From NCBI RefSeq assembly GCF_018350175.1, contig NC_058369.1, forward strand, positions 15,192,001 to 15,256,000: a stretch of 64,000 bases of DNA, written 5' to 3'. Made by a program: the position numbers and the translations under genes. Each line of letters opens with the position of its first letter. Positions within the stretch are counted from its first letter, which is position 1. This document shows positions 51,239 to 64,000 of the stretch, piece after piece. This stretch comes from Felis catus (Eukaryota). Under the pieces are notes generated by a model. The model was not told the origin of the DNA. It saw only the letters and a program-made list of their open reading frames with translations, and ran no database searches.

Positions 51239-51272
<34 letters not shown>
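51239..51272. repeat. (TG)n microsatellite
   Basis: About 17 TG units. Confidence 0.97.
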
Positions 51273-51273
<1 letters not shown>

Positions 51274-51384
51274 ATGGGCATGAGCACATGCGTTCTCGAA
51301 CACAAGACTCTGCAGGGATTTATGGGTCCCTGATTTATGGGTCCCTGGTGCTGCGGGAGGGAGCACTAGACCAGGAGTCTAGAG

Positions 51385-51912
51385 TCATGCTCCTAGAAAT
51401 ATAATGTGAGCTAAACACCTAGCTTATAATTTCCTCGTGGCCACTTTAGAAAAGAATGAAATTAATTTCAAGAATATATTTTATTTAACTCCGCCTGTCC
51501 CAAATATTATCATTTCAACATACGGTCAATGTAAAAATACATAAACAAGGGACGCCTGGGTGGCTCAGTCAGTTAAGTATCCGACTTCGGCTCAGGTCAT
51601 GATCTCACAGTTCGTGGGTTCAAGCCCTGCCTCGGGCTCCGTGCTGACAGCTCGGAGCCTGGAGCCAGCTTCAGATTCTGTGTCTCCCTCTCTCTTTCTC
51701 TGCCCCTCCCCACTCATGGTCTATCTCTCAAAAATAAATAAACGTTAACAAAAAATTTTTAAAAATGTGTATATATATGTGTGTGTGTATATACATATGT
51801 ATACATGTGTTGTGTATATATATATGTGTGTGTATATATATATGTGTGTGTGTGTGTATATATATATAAATGCGATCCTTTACATATATATGTGTATATA
51901 TATATGTGTGTG

Positions 51913-51944
<32 letters not shown>

Positions 51945-52097
51945 CAAATGCGATCCTTTACATTCTTTCTTTTAACAAAGTCTTCGAAACCTGGTGTGTG
52001 TTTTACGCTCTCAGCGGCATCTCAGCTTGGGCCAGTCACACATCTAGTGTTCAATAGTCACATGTGGCTCGTGGTTACCATACTGACCGGTGTGGGT
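51385..52097. mobile_element. MER33-like hAT-Charlie element with an inserted Can-SINE (51548-51755, +) and a (TA/TG)n expansion (51766-51945)
   Basis: tagaaatataatgtgagc...aattaatttc...aatatattttatttaac ... tcttcgaaacctggtgtg...tcacatgtggctcgtggttaccatactg. Confidence 0.75.
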
Positions 52098-52993
52098 TTA
52101 GAGACTCGAACTTGATTCCCTGCTTGCTTTCGTTCCAGCTCTGTAGCCCCGAGAAAATTACCTGTGTGGAGCCTCAGTGTTGTCATTGGTATAATGATAT
52201 TAACAATAGTCCATCTCATGGCAGTTGCTTGGTTAGTGTCTTGTGTGTTGCTGGGGACCCAAGGGGCCAAGTCAGTGCTGCTGGACTGGCTGGTACAGTG
52301 GGGTGTTGGAGCCAGCTCATTCTGGTTTCCGAGAGTGCCTTGTTAAATACTCAGGAATTTCATAAATACTCAGGAGTTTCTCGAAATCAGCCAGGCTAAA
52401 AAAACATTTACACCATGGAAATGGGTGAATGCTTCCACATCAGTCCCTGCCCCTCCAGGGTGGATTGTTAAATGTGTGCACCCGCTGAACTTGGGTATAT
52501 TTGCATGTGATTGAAGCGGTGAGTGTGGACCAGAGGCCGCTTCCCGGGCTGTTTTCCCCTTGCCGAGTCCTCATCGATCTCCACTGAGGTGCCCCCGGCT
52601 GTGTGAGCCCTTTTCCCACTGCGAGAGGCAGCACCGAGCTGCAGCTGAGTCGGCGGAGTCTGGAGTGAACCCTGGGTCCACTCTTCGCTCATCTTGTAAC
52701 TGTGGGCAGGGTATTTAGCCTTTCTGTGTGTGCCTAAGTTTCCTCATCTGTAAAAATAATACAAGCTGAATTTCATAATGCGTGTGATTGCCGAATCCCT
52801 AGGTAGCACACCTGAAACGAATTTAATAGTATATGTCAACTACAATTAAAAAAGAAAAATAATAGCATCCGAGAAATAGGTTGCTCCTGTTGAGGGGTAA
52901 ATACCATCCATGGAAAGTGAGAGAAAAGCGCCTGGTACATAGTAAGTGCTCTAAGACGGTGCCAATGAGTATCGGCGGATTCTAACTCTTGGT

Positions 52994-53050
52994 CGCTTCC
53001 GGCATTCCGGAAGGGGCGGGGCTTATGGCAGGTGGCGGCATCCGGAGGAC
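52994..53050. promoter_or_regulatory. Compact ETS plus GC-box motif cluster
   Basis: CTTCCGG 52996-53002, TTCCGGAA 53005-53012, GGGGCGGGGC 53013-53022, CATCCGG 53039-53045. Confidence 0.4.
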
Positions 53051-53559
53051 GCGCTGGTGAGATGGTGGGGCCAGTTTGGGCCTGGGGCGGTCTTTCCTTC
53101 CCTCCCATCCTCTCTCTTTCTCATCCTGCCGCAAGAATTGACCACCTACTGTGTGTGTGTTCAATGGCGAGGGGATGAGCCCACAAAGCTGAGCAAAGGC
53201 TGATCCCTGGCCCTGTCCTCTTGGAGCTTACAAAAGCTCTTCGGGGGCTTCAATGATTTTTAACAGTGTAAGGGGGTCCCGAGAACAAGAAGTTTGAGAA
53301 CTGCCGCGCTAGGGTATAATGGACAGGCCATTAACGTGGAGGCCAGAGGGCTTGACCCAGGTTCTAGCTCTGTGACATATTATTGGGTTTCTAATCCGTG
53401 GCCTCGCTTCTTTCTCTGTACAACAGGAGCGATAATGTGGATCACTGTCCCGGCCACCTCCAGGGCTATACAGCCTTTGTGATGCACATGGAATTTCATT
53501 CTTGCTCTTCTCACCAAAAGTGACATATTTTCCGTATTGATTAATGGTTCTTATATATA

Positions 53560-53777
53560 TTTTTAATGTTCATTTATTTTTGAGAGAGAGAAAGAGAGAG
53601 AAAATGAGTGGGGAAGGGGCAGAGAGAGAGGGAGACATAGAATCCGAAGCAGGCTCCAGGCTCTCAGCTGTCAGCACAGAGCCTGATGCAGGGCTCGAAC
53701 TCACGAACGGCGAGGTCATGACCTGAGCAGAAGTCGGACGCTTAACCTACTGAGCCCCCCCCCCCCCGGGACGCCCC
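53560..53777 (-). mobile_element. Can-SINE
   Basis: SINE body; TSD gttcttat. Confidence 0.92.
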
Positions 53778-54404
53778 TAGTTCTTATCATTTTTAATGGC
53801 TGCTTGTTAGTTCTCCAAGTAGATGAAAATAAGCACATTTTGAAGATAGCGAATTTCTATACATTGTGGTACTTGCAAAATAGTGACAAGCCAGCCCACC
53901 AAGGTGACCTGTGAAGTGTCACTTTATACCTTCGTGGCTTGGAAGAAGGGGCCACTTAACTCAAGTGGGTAGTGGGGAGGGTGTTGCTCTCTTTACCAAA
54001 CACTTCCACTCCTATTTCAAGTACTTTTGGAAAACATGGGTGATTGGAAGTCAGGTGAAAAAAAAAACCCCTACTGACTTCAGGGTTCTTATTCAAAATC
54101 TATTCCTTTTCTTCCTCCCCGGTGGCAATATTTTTAGGATTGCTGGGGAACTCTGGATAAAGATGGGTTTAGGACTCCATTTGTCTCTTCACACTGATTC
54201 ACTCAACAAATATTTATTGAGCAACTGCTACATGTCAGGTATGGCAGAAGGCTATTGGGATCCAGAGAAAAAAGGAACATCTTTGTTCTCAGGGCATCGA
54301 GGTGATGCAGGTGTATGAACAACCAAATATCATCAGTGCTGTGGTGGTAAGCGTGGGACATAGGAAGGAAAGTGGAGGTCTGACATTCACTCATTCACTG
54401 ATTG

Positions 54405-54897
54405 TATTAGCTATCTATTGCTGGGTAACAAATTGCCCCAATAGTTGACTATCTAAAACAACAATGATTATTATTACAAAGTTTTGGTAGGTCAGGAAAT
54501 CAGAAGCAGTTTGGCTAGGTGGTTTTGGCTTGAGGTCTCTCAGGATGTTGATGTCAGGATGTCAGCCAGAACTTAGTCACCTGAAGCCTTGACTGGAACT
54601 CAAGGATCTGTTTCCAAAATGGCCCTCCTCACATGGCTGTTGGCAAGAGGTGTCCGTTTCTCACTATTGAACCTGGACTGCTCCAGTGTCCATGACTTTG
54701 GCAGCTGGCTGCCCCAGAGCAAGTGATCCTAGAAAAGGAGGTTGAGGCCACAATATCTTTTATGATCGAACCCTAGAAATCATAGACCATCTCTTCCACC
54801 ATATTATATTGGTACCAAAGCATAGGAGGGGACTACCTGAGGGGTAAATAACAGGAAGGGAGATCATTGGGAGCCACCTTGGAGGCTAGCTGCCACA
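54405..54897 (-). mobile_element. MaLR LTR (MLT1H-like)
   Basis: tgtattagctatctattgctgggtaacaaattgcccc...ggagccaccttggaggctagctgccaca. Confidence 0.8.
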
Positions 54898-55224
54898 TTG
54901 GTTCATTGAATCCTGCAACTGCCATTTATTAAACACCTTCCAGGAGTGATACTCTGCTCGGGACTGGGGATACCAACATGGTTTCAATTATATTCAGGGA
55001 CTGAGTCTGCTCAGTTTTGTATCTCTGGTGCCTGGAACACAGAACGTCTCATTAAAGGCTCATTTGTTCGTCAGAAGGAAGCAAAATGTAGGAGTTGGAC
55101 CTCCAGAGCCCATCTGTTTAGGTTCAAATCTAGCCTCTTCCTTCCAGCTCTGATTCTTTTCTGATAAATCTTGTTTAGCCGGAGTTGGTTTCTGTTGCCT
55201 GCAGCTAAGAATCCTAACTGATAC

Positions 55225-55910
55225 ACTTGGTTTTTCTGCTAATCGCCTTTGACTAGCTCAGAATCCAATCCAGAATCCCCATGTTGCATTTAGTTTTTGT
55301 TTCCTTAACCTCCTTTAATCTGGGAGAGGTTCTCAGTCTTGCCTTGTCTTTTATGACCTTGGCACTTCTGAAGAGTACTGGTCAAGCATTTTTGTAGAAT
55401 GTCCCTCAATTTGCGTTTGTCTGAGGTTTTCTTGTGATTAGGTTGAGGTGATGCCTTTTGGACAAGAATACCAGAAGTGACATTGTGAATGCTATCAGGG
55501 ATGCGTGATATCAACATGTCATTACTGGTATTGTTGACGTTGATCCCTTGGTTAAGGTGATGGGTGTCTGCTTGATTTCTATTTTCCCCTTTGTATTGAA
55601 TAATTATCTTGAGTCTATGGAAATATCCATTTCTCATTCATTGGCCCACAGATTTTAGCAGCCATTGATGATACTTTCGGACAACAGTTATTGCTGTGCT
55701 GTTTGCCTCTTGGTTTCCCGTTTCTGTCATTCCTTCTACATTTATTAATTGAAATTCTGCTCTGAAGTAGAACTGTCCCTTCCTATTTATTTATTCAGAT
55801 ATTTACTTAATCAGTGTGGACTTGTGGATGTTTTCTTTTTTCCTATGGGTTATAATCCATTACTATGATTATTCGTTGCTCAAATTATCTCAGATTTGGC
55901 CATTGGGAAC
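55225..55910 (-). mobile_element. L1MC/ME-like fragment
   Basis: tcagtcttgccttgtcttttatgaccttggcactt...agagtactggtcaagcatttttgtagaatgtccctcaattt. Confidence 0.75.
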
Positions 55911-55929
55911 TCTTTGTTTTAAAAAAAAT

Positions 55930-56378
55930 TTTTTTAATGTTTATTTATTTTTGAGAGAGAGAGCAAGAGAGACAGAATGCAATTAGGGGAGGGGCAGACA
56001 GAGAGGGAGACACAGAATCCAAAGCATATTCCAGGCTCTGAGCTGTCAGCACAGAGCCCAACACGGGGCTCGAACTCACAAACCGGGAGATTATGACCTG
56101 AGCCGAAATCAGATGCTCAACTGACTGAGCCACCCAGGTGCCCCAGGAATTATTTGTTTTTTAGAAGTTTATTTATTTGTTTTGAGAGAGAGAGAGAAAA
56201 AGGGAGAGAGAGCATGAGCAGGGGAGGGGCAATGAGAGAGGGAGAGACAGAATCCCAAATTGGCTCCTTGCTGACAGCACAGAGCCCAATGCAGGGCTTG
56301 ATCTCGCAAACCATGAGATCATGATCTGGGCTGAAATCAAGAGTTGGATGTTCAATTGACTGAGCCACCCATGACGCT
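55930..56378 (-). mobile_element. Two tandem Can-SINEs
   Basis: Two SINE bodies; outer TSD tggccattggga. Confidence 0.93.
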
Positions 56379-57036
56379 CTGGCCATTGGGAGCTCTTAAG
56401 TTGGTTCTTATATATATGGGATAATTTTTAAAAATCTCTATTTTTTATTATAAAAGTAATACATGCCTGGGTGGAGGGCACATGGGACCTTTCTGTACTA
56501 TTTTTGCAATGCCCTATAAATCTATAATTATTTCAAAAAGAAAGTTAAAAATAGTAATATATGCTCATTGTAAAAAAAAAAGTTCAGGAAGTACAGAAAA
56601 ATATAAAAATCGTTATCTCATCCCTTAGACATAATCTCTGTCTGTATTCTCTTTTTTTTCTCTCCAGACTTTTTCCTTATCATTTTAAATGGTATCATAA
56701 CACAATTATGGCAACTCTGAGACCAACATGTTCGTTTTGTAATGGAGAAAATACAGGCCAGGAAGCGGGAATTAATAAAACAGTAACACTACCAGCCCTG
56801 ACTTCTGTGTCTGCCACCTGCTCCCAGGCCCTCCTGGTGCTCTGCCTCATCTAATTGCTGCCCCTGGGTGGGGTAGGGTGAGCAATACTGATCAGACAGG
56901 GTATCAGAGGGTCTCGATCTATGAAATCAGGGAGAAAAAGGTATCAATACTGGTTCGTAGAAACAGAAGGAGGTAAAGCCAATAAATTCAGGAGAGTGCA
57001 CACAGGTCAGGCCGACTCTGCAGAGAGAGGAGGGGG

Positions 57037-57068
<32 letters not shown>

Positions 57069-57872
57069 AAGAGAGGTGGGGGAGAGACAGAGATTATTAC
57101 AGGGAGAGAAAAAAAGGAGAAAAACAGAAAACGTCGAATTTTTACATTCTTGCTACTAGGAGACCAGGCAGCCAAGAACTCAGTGGGTGTTTAACCAAAC
57201 AGACTTAAGGTTTAGGTCAAGGATGGACTTCCCACCTCCACTCCGGGTTGCCCTGACAACCTCCTCCTTCTGGTATTGACATTATTGCGAGAAAGAAGGA
57301 AAAAATAGGCAGATGAAGTCATTAGAGGCGGAACCAACTGTGATCTGGCTTGCTTCATCATGCAGGCAGGTCCAGGGGGAGCCCAGGAGAGGCACAGGGC
57401 TCTTGGGCTGGGGCTGCAGACAGGGGCATGGCAATGGTGGACTTGAGCCTGTGGGCTGGACACTGAGGCTTCTCTGAAATTCTGGTGAAGCTGGTCAGTG
57501 TAAATTAAATCCCAGTGGTTGTGTATCCTCATTGTCTCTCCTGCTCTTGGAACTAGTCAAGGATGCTTAGAAGAAAACCTATGACCCCAACTTGGGAAAT
57601 GGCCACCATTCCCTCTTCCAGATGGCCTCAGTTACCACATCCACCTGGACCTTAGAGCCCTCTCTTTGTTTCCAGCGCCCAAGAAGGTTGGGACCATCAG
57701 AGGGATGGTCCTAACCAGTAGTTACTACTCTCTTCTCTTTCCAGAGAGGGAACCCGAGGCTGAGACAGTCACTTGCCGAAAATCACCAAGCTAAGAAGTG
57801 TTCAGGAATTCAAACCCAGATCTGATCAAGTCAAGGTATGTGCTTGGTAATTACCTCACCCTGTGGTACAGA

Positions 57873-58060
57873 GCAGTGGTTCTCACACTGGAGCTTGTGG
57901 AAGGAATCCCCGACAGGGCTTGTTAAAGCACAGGGTGCTGGGCCCCCACCCCCGTTTCTGATTTGGTAGATGTGGGGTATGGCTGGACAATTTGCAGTTC
58001 TCATAAATTTCCAGATGGTGTTGATGCTCGTGATCTGGGGACCGCATTTTGAGACGTGCT
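57873..58060. mobile_element. MER5A-like hAT-Charlie
   Basis: cagtggttctcacactgg...gggcttgttaaagcacag...aatttgcagttctc...gggaccgcattttgaga. Confidence 0.8.
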
Positions 58061-58213
58061 TACATAAAGCAAACCATTTAGCCCTTGAACCTCAAATACA
58101 GTCTTTATAGAATAAAGAGGACTAGATTTGCAGTCTTTGATTGTGTTCTCAGGTCTCTGTGTGTTTCCAGAGGTGCTTTAGCCAGGGGGCAGGGGTAAGA
58201 GGATTGAGGGAGT

Positions 58214-58215
58214 TT

Positions 58216-58255
<40 letters not shown>

Positions 58256-58289
58256 TTATTTTACATTTTATTTATTTTTGAAAGGGGGC

Positions 58290-58360
<71 letters not shown>

Positions 58361-58521
58361 TGGGGGAGGGGCAGAGAGAGAGGGAGACACAGAATCAGAA
58401 GGAAGCTCCAGGCTCGGAGCTGTCAGCACAGAGCCTGACCCGGGGCTCGAACTCATGAACAGCGAGATCGTGACCTGAGCTAAAGTCCGATGCTTAACCG
58501 ACTGAGCCACCCAGGTGCACC
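58214..58521 (-). mobile_element. Can-SINE with expanded (GA)n and (TTTA)n tail
   Basis: SINE body; TSD agggagttta. Confidence 0.94.
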
Positions 58522-58696
58522 AAGGGAGTTTAAATCATGGAGAGTTCGGGACCCCCATCCTTCCTTCAAGTAGCTCCCTCATACCTCTTCACATATTAGG
58601 GTTCTGTGTGAAATTTTATTAGAAAAGGGGTTCCTGTGATGAAACGCAAAGAGTTTATCAGCTTCTGAACTAAAAAAGATGTCAAAATGCCATTTG

Positions 58697-59190
58697 TTCC
58701 TATTATCTATTGCTGTGGTTTAAAACAACAATTTTTTTAATATATGATTCTGTGGGTGAGGAATCTGGGCAGACCTATTCCTCGGGGTGCCCACGAGGGT
58801 TACTCAGTGCCATACATCTGGTGTCCCGGCTGATCTGGAGGGCCCAAGATGGCGTCATTCACATGTCTGGAGCCTCATTGGGGGTGGCTGGAAGGCTGGG
58901 CTCAGTAGTCACTACAGACTGGAACATCTATCTATCTGTGGCTGCTCTAGCATTGGGGTCTCACTCAGGGGTGTTGGACTTCACAATGGCTTAGGGCCCA
59001 GAGCGAGTGTTCCAAGAGGCAGAAAGCAGAAAGCACCAGTCTCTTTAAGGCCCAGGCCTAGCAGCCACCATGGCATTGTTTTGCCATCTTCTGTTTACCA
59101 ACAAGGTCAACGGAGCTCCCCAGCCCCAGATTCCCAGGGAGGGGACATCCACCCCACTTCCCCATGGGTGGAATGTTTTGTCGCTATCTT
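58697..59190 (-). mobile_element. MaLR LTR (old MLT1)
   Basis: tatctattgctgtggtttaaaacaaca...gattctgtgggtgaggaatctgggcag...cccagattcccaggg. Confidence 0.75.
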
Positions 59191-59339
59191 TGAACTGGAC
59201 CTGACAAGCCTCATCCACACTTGAACGTTATTTGGCTGATGAGACCCTGGTCCTTGCGCCAGGTGTGGTAAAGGGATGTGAGTTGCAGGGGTGAAGGTAT
59301 TTTGCATGGGGAAAAAATGATAATTGGAGGGTGGAGTTT

Positions 59340-59870
59340 AACATGTCCTAGAACGCCTGCTTTCGAAGTCAGTCATCTTGCTGGAGGGAGAAGATGGGCT
59401 TCCAGCCTCACGGAGAAGCCCGTGGAGAGAGAAACCCGGTCCCCCATCTCCACCCCAACAGCCCAGCCGAGCTCCCAGCCCACAGCCAGCACTGACTCGC
59501 CGATGTGTGAATGAGTCATCTAGGAAGGTTTGGTTCCTCCAGCCCCAGGCGAGCTCCTTAGCCGACACCATATGGAGTGACACGACACCAAATCGGGCAC
59601 TGTGTTGGTTAATGTTATGTGTCAACTTGGTTGGGTCATGGTGCCCAGGTATTTGGTCAGACGTTATTCTGGATGTTTCTGTGAAAGTGCTTTATGGTTG
59701 AAATCAACAATTAAATCAATGGACTTTCACTAAAGCAGATTCACCTCCGTGATGTGGGTGGGTCTCATCCAATCAGTTGAAGGCCTTTATAGAACAAAGA
59801 CTGACCTCCCTGAGTGAGAAGGACTTCTGCCAACAGACAGCCTTTGGACTCAAACTGCATCTCAGCTCCA
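59340..59870 (+). mobile_element. MLT1 fragment followed by an MLT2B-like ERVL LTR 5' part (59601-59870)
   Basis: tgtgttggttaatgttatgtgtcaacttgg...cccaggtatttggtcagacgttattctggatgtttctgtg. Confidence 0.8.
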
Positions 59871-60789
59871 TGGAACACCAGTGTTTGATGAATATTAATA
59901 AGTCCTCCGCAATTAAAATAATGGTTCCATGGTCAATAAGTTTTGGGGAAACCCTTTGCCAAATGATGCTGTAAGGTCTCTGCATCGTAGAACTTCTCAT
60001 AATTTGGCATGGATCTTTCTCTGTATAGCACCTCTGTAGCCTGGGGGGAGGCTGATGTGGGCTTGTTGTGAGCTTTCTGACAGCAAATCTTTATTCTGTT
60101 TTGAAAGTGGGTCACCCTGGTCAGTTTCCCCTTCTTTCAGAGGGTCTCATTTATGGGAGAAAAAGGGGGTCTTCTCGGGTGAAGGGAAAGCGATGTGTTG
60201 CTTTGTTCTCTTCCATCAGAGTGGCACTGTGGGCCCATGAGGGAAGACTTCCCAGTGTGAGAGCTGCTGCCCCAGTTCAGCCCTCCCCCAGCTCCTTAGG
60301 CCTGCCCCTTCTGCAAAGGAGTTTGGACCACTCCGTTAGATATTCTAGAGCAGAACCAATGAATTATTTACTGTTGTCAAAGGATGCTAATGAGATGCTA
60401 ATGAATACATTTGTGTAATTTCAAGGCAATTCCTGGAGACTTCTTTCCACTCAGGGCTACTGGCTCTGCCCCCTACTGGCCTTGGGAGGTAGGAGTTGGC
60501 AAAAGAGTCCAGGAACTGAAGACTTCCCAGGCAGCTAGCTGTTCCTGACCATGGAGGCCAGAGGACTTCAGAAATTGCTTTTCTTGCCCTGCATCTTCCT
60601 AGATGTAGTTTTGAGGATGTGAAGAATGGACATCCAGAAGATTGTTTTACAACCACACAAGCAGGACAAGCACTCAAATCACTTCCTCCAGGATGTCTTC
60701 CCTGATCTATCTCTATTTCCTGTACTCTCCTTCCTCTCCAGGCTGAAGGATATGTCCATCCTCTATGTGTTCCATACTCCCTATTCTTT

Positions 60790-61224
60790 TTTTTTAAGAT
60801 TTTATTTTTAAGTAATCTCTATACCCAACATGGGGCTTGAACTCACAACTCCGAGATCAAGAATTGCACGCTCCATCGACTGAGCCAGCCAGGCACCCCC
60901 TTAGTCCCCATTCTTACTGCCATCACAGATTAAGGGGAAGGGGGAGGGTTCAATAGTCTGTCTCCACCATTACCCCTGAGCTCTTGAGAATGTGCATTTA
61001 GTGTCTTTAAAAATTTTTTTTTAATGTTTATTTTTGAGAGAGAGAGAGACAGAGAGAGCACGAGCAGGGGAGGCGCAGAGAGAGAGGGAGACACAGAATC
61101 TGAAGCAGGGTCCAGGCTCTGAGCTGTCAGCACAGAGCCCAACGTGGGGCTCATACCCACGAACCATGAGCTCATGACCTGAGCTGAAGTTGGACACTTA
61201 ACTGACAGAGCCACCCAGGCTCCC
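60790..61224 (-). mobile_element. Short SINEC_c-like (60790-60900) and Can-SINE (61010-61224)
   Basis: aagattttattttaagtaatctct...gagccagccaggcacccc; the second has TSD agtgtcttt. Confidence 0.9.
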
Positions 61225-62569
61225 AGTGTCTTTTTCTCTCCTTATCTGCAGGACAGAAGATGGTGCTTGGTATGTACAAGCTGTTCAGGCATTGATGGGT
61301 TGAATTGAATTGTTCATGTGTGGTTAGTTCGATTCAGAAGGAAACTTGGTTATTTTGAGAGGGATTTGTCTTTGCCTTCGGATCTGCTAAGCAAATTTAA
61401 CATGTAAGCAAGACTCAGGTGGAGAGCTGTTAAACATTCTTTAAAAAATCTTTCCCAAGCACTTTGGCAACCTCCGTTTGATGAACAGCTGGCTAATTTC
61501 ATGTAATTTAAATGTATTTATAAGTAAGTCCAATAGGACCAATTTCTATCTGGCAAAATCTATTAGCTTGTCTCTTACGGTATGGCCTTAGAAGCCATTT
61601 GTTTTCATTTCATTTCATTTCACTTCTTTCCTCCCTCCCTCCCCTCTCCCTTCCTTTCTTCTTCTTAAGGTATTATTATGCAAGCTTCCCACTCTTTCAG
61701 GTGGACTTTTGCTCCCAAATTTGACAGAATAAGCAAGTATTGGGAAGCGTATCAGTGGCCATGTTTCCTGTCTTTACTTCTGTATCGCTCTGATGTTATA
61801 ACTGACTGTGTTACACCAGAGATATCAGTTAGCTCTTGGTACTCACAGGGCAGGCCATGGGCTGACAGCATCAGCATCTCCCGGGAGCCTGCTAGAAATG
61901 CAACATCTCAGGCCCACCCCAAACTTTCTGATCCCTGGGTGATCCATACGCACATACATGTTTGACAAGCAGAGGTTCAACTAACCCTATCTCATACCTT
62001 CTGGATGATGTGCGGACTGAGCCAGGGGGAAAGTATTGAAAATATACTTCTTTGCGATTTGTCAGCACTAAGCAGCCTACACCTTTACTGGATCTACACA
62101 CTGGCCACGTTGCCTTGCCTGCCCCGCCCTGAGCTCCTGGGAGGGGCAGCCTCACATACAGTACTAAGGGCTGCCATTACATTGTGCCAACGGCTTTCCG
62201 TGCATTCCCTCGTTCAGTCCTTACAACAGATCTGTGAGGAAGGTGCCACACACCTGTCCCCCTTGACAGATGAAAAAGCTGGAGATTAGAGAGGTGAAAT
62301 GGTTTGCTTTTGGCCACCCAGCTTGGTGCAGTACCAGGCCAGTAACAAGGATCCTGTAATTGAGAGCTCTTAGCATCCTCCTCCTCTTTCTGGGGCCAGG
62401 GTGGTCAAGATTTAAACAGCTACAGAACGGTCCAGTTGGCTGATAAACCACATCTTGGTGGTCATCCTGTCTTTTCAACCCTTTGTGCCCAAGAGAACGG
62501 CATTTCCCTACCTGAGGCTGAGGGCCAGGGATAATAAATATCTCGTTGCCTGTCGCATCCCAAGACCAC

Positions 62570-62940
62570 TCACTCTTCCTCTTCCACATTCTTCTCCTTC
62601 TCATCCTTCTCCTCAGTCTTCTCCTCCTCTTCCTCCTTCTGGTCTTCTCTGCTTCTCCTCTTCCTTCTGTGCCTCTTGTCAAGCACTTGAACATGGCTGA
62701 GCTTCTCTTTCTTTCCCCCTGCCCTCCTTTCACCCTGGGCTCCAGGTAGAGAATTCAGATGCTGTTGCTGCTGCTGGTGATGGCGATGGTGATGCTCATT
62801 GACGATGATCATGGTGATGGTGTGGTGATGGGTGGCCGATGGTGATGTTGATGCTGATGGTAATGGTGATGCTGATGGGCGATGGATGATGGTGCCGATG
62901 GTGCTGCTTATGGTGGTGGTGATTTTGTTGTTGTTGTTTT
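62570..62940. repeat. Low-complexity (TCC/TCT)n followed by degenerate (GAT/GGT/GCT/GTT)n triplets
   Basis: cttctccttctcatccttctcctc...; tgctgctgctggtgatggcgatggtgatg.... Confidence 0.85.
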
Positions 62941-63924
62941 GCCAAACGGGATTTTCAGTCCCTCATCTCCCTTTATCATTCTTATCTTCCACCCTGCTAG
63001 GAGAGAGGTCGTTCAGTAGAAGAACATGAAACTCTGCCACAAAAGGCAGTCAGTCTTAGGGAGAGAAAGGGTGGTTTGTCGTGTAGATTTAGAAACTCTG
63101 TGGGTGGGTGGAGGGTCACGAAGGGTAAAAAAAGTCTACACGGAATGAGGAGGGAGGAGAGAGGGTGCTCGAAAGGAGGGACTCTAGGTGCTTCTCAGAC
63201 ACATATTCTGCTTGGTCTAGAAGGTGACTAGTAGAAAAAGGATAGATATGTTTGCCACCCTCTCTACTTGGGGTGTGTTTGTCAGCAGCCATTGGGAAGC
63301 CACTTTCAGATGAAGGACCTGTCAACGAATCCTGCTAGCCACTACGGGACATTGAGGGGCAACTGCATTGTTGTTACCATTAATATCAGCCCACCAGTTC
63401 CCGGGCTCCCTGCGTGTGCGCGACACTTAATTCTTTACGTACAAGATCTCTACACCCCGTAAATTGGGCAGAGTGGGAAACTGAGGCCTATGCTGTCTCT
63501 TATTTGTCTGCTGTGTAACTCGGGCTGTAAAACACTAAGCTGGACCTTAGGGAGGAACACACAACTTGTGTTCTCTGTATATAAAACTATACTGCTGATC
63601 AACGATCAGAGGAGTATGATTGTTGGCTCAGTTAATTTATTGTCTACTTGGGAGGGAAAGACATAGGCACATAAATTCAAGGGCTAGTTAATTGTACAAG
63701 AATGCAAGAGATGCCAAAAGATGGTATGACTAAAGGCCAAATTGAAGCCAGAGGTGTAGGTGCTATAAGAGCTTATTAACATTTATTGATTAAAATTGCA
63801 GAAACCACCAGAAAATGGGCAAGATACATTTCATGCATTTGCAAATAAATCCATGTCCCCTATAGCCCACTCTTAGATCAGAAATAACAAATTCGAGTAT
63901 ATTCCAGGCAAATTAAATTCAATA

Positions 63925-64000
63925 CAGATCTTCCTGGACTTACCATGGGGTTATATCTCAAGAAACCCATCACATGTTGAAAATGTTGTAAGTCGACAAA
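63925..64000 (+). mobile_element. MER47/Tigger5-like DNA transposon end, truncated by the window edge
   Basis: ta-cagatcttcctggacttaccatggggttatatc...aaacccatc...gttgaaaatgttgtaagtcga. Confidence 0.75.

Noticed and set aside
62221..62940. Arg/Glu-rich and His/Gln-rich ORFs
   Set aside because: They derive from simple triplet repeats and have no supporting splice or coding context.
1..64000. CRISPR arrays, operons or other prokaryotic systems; naming the locus or neighbouring genes
   Set aside because: The DNA is mammalian and its repeated units are SINEs. No exon of a known gene was recognised, so no locus name can be supported.

Overview
This is a 64-kb piece of a felid (cat-like carnivore) nuclear genome, identified by about 55 Can-SINE copies of the feline SINEC_Fc type. 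It is GC-rich, repeat-dense and looks intergenic or intronic. I find no protein-coding gene I can support: the listed ORFs are SINE read-throughs, low-complexity frames, a degraded L1 ORF2 piece or chance frames. Other repeats include decayed L1, L2 and MIR copies, MaLR/ERVL LTRs, hAT and Tigger-type MER elements, microsatellites and a probable ancient RTE-clade reverse-transcriptase remnant at 1-940. The most interesting non-repeat structure is a block at about 36.2-39.95 kb. It holds an ETS/TATA-bearing CpG-rich promoter-like segment with strong strand skew, several minus-strand splice-site-bounded segments, a decayed MAGE-B-like start and an H/ACA-like fold. It may be an unannotated minus-strand lncRNA or gene relic, but that is inference. 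Repeat family names and boundaries were assigned by eye from remembered consensus features and are approximate.
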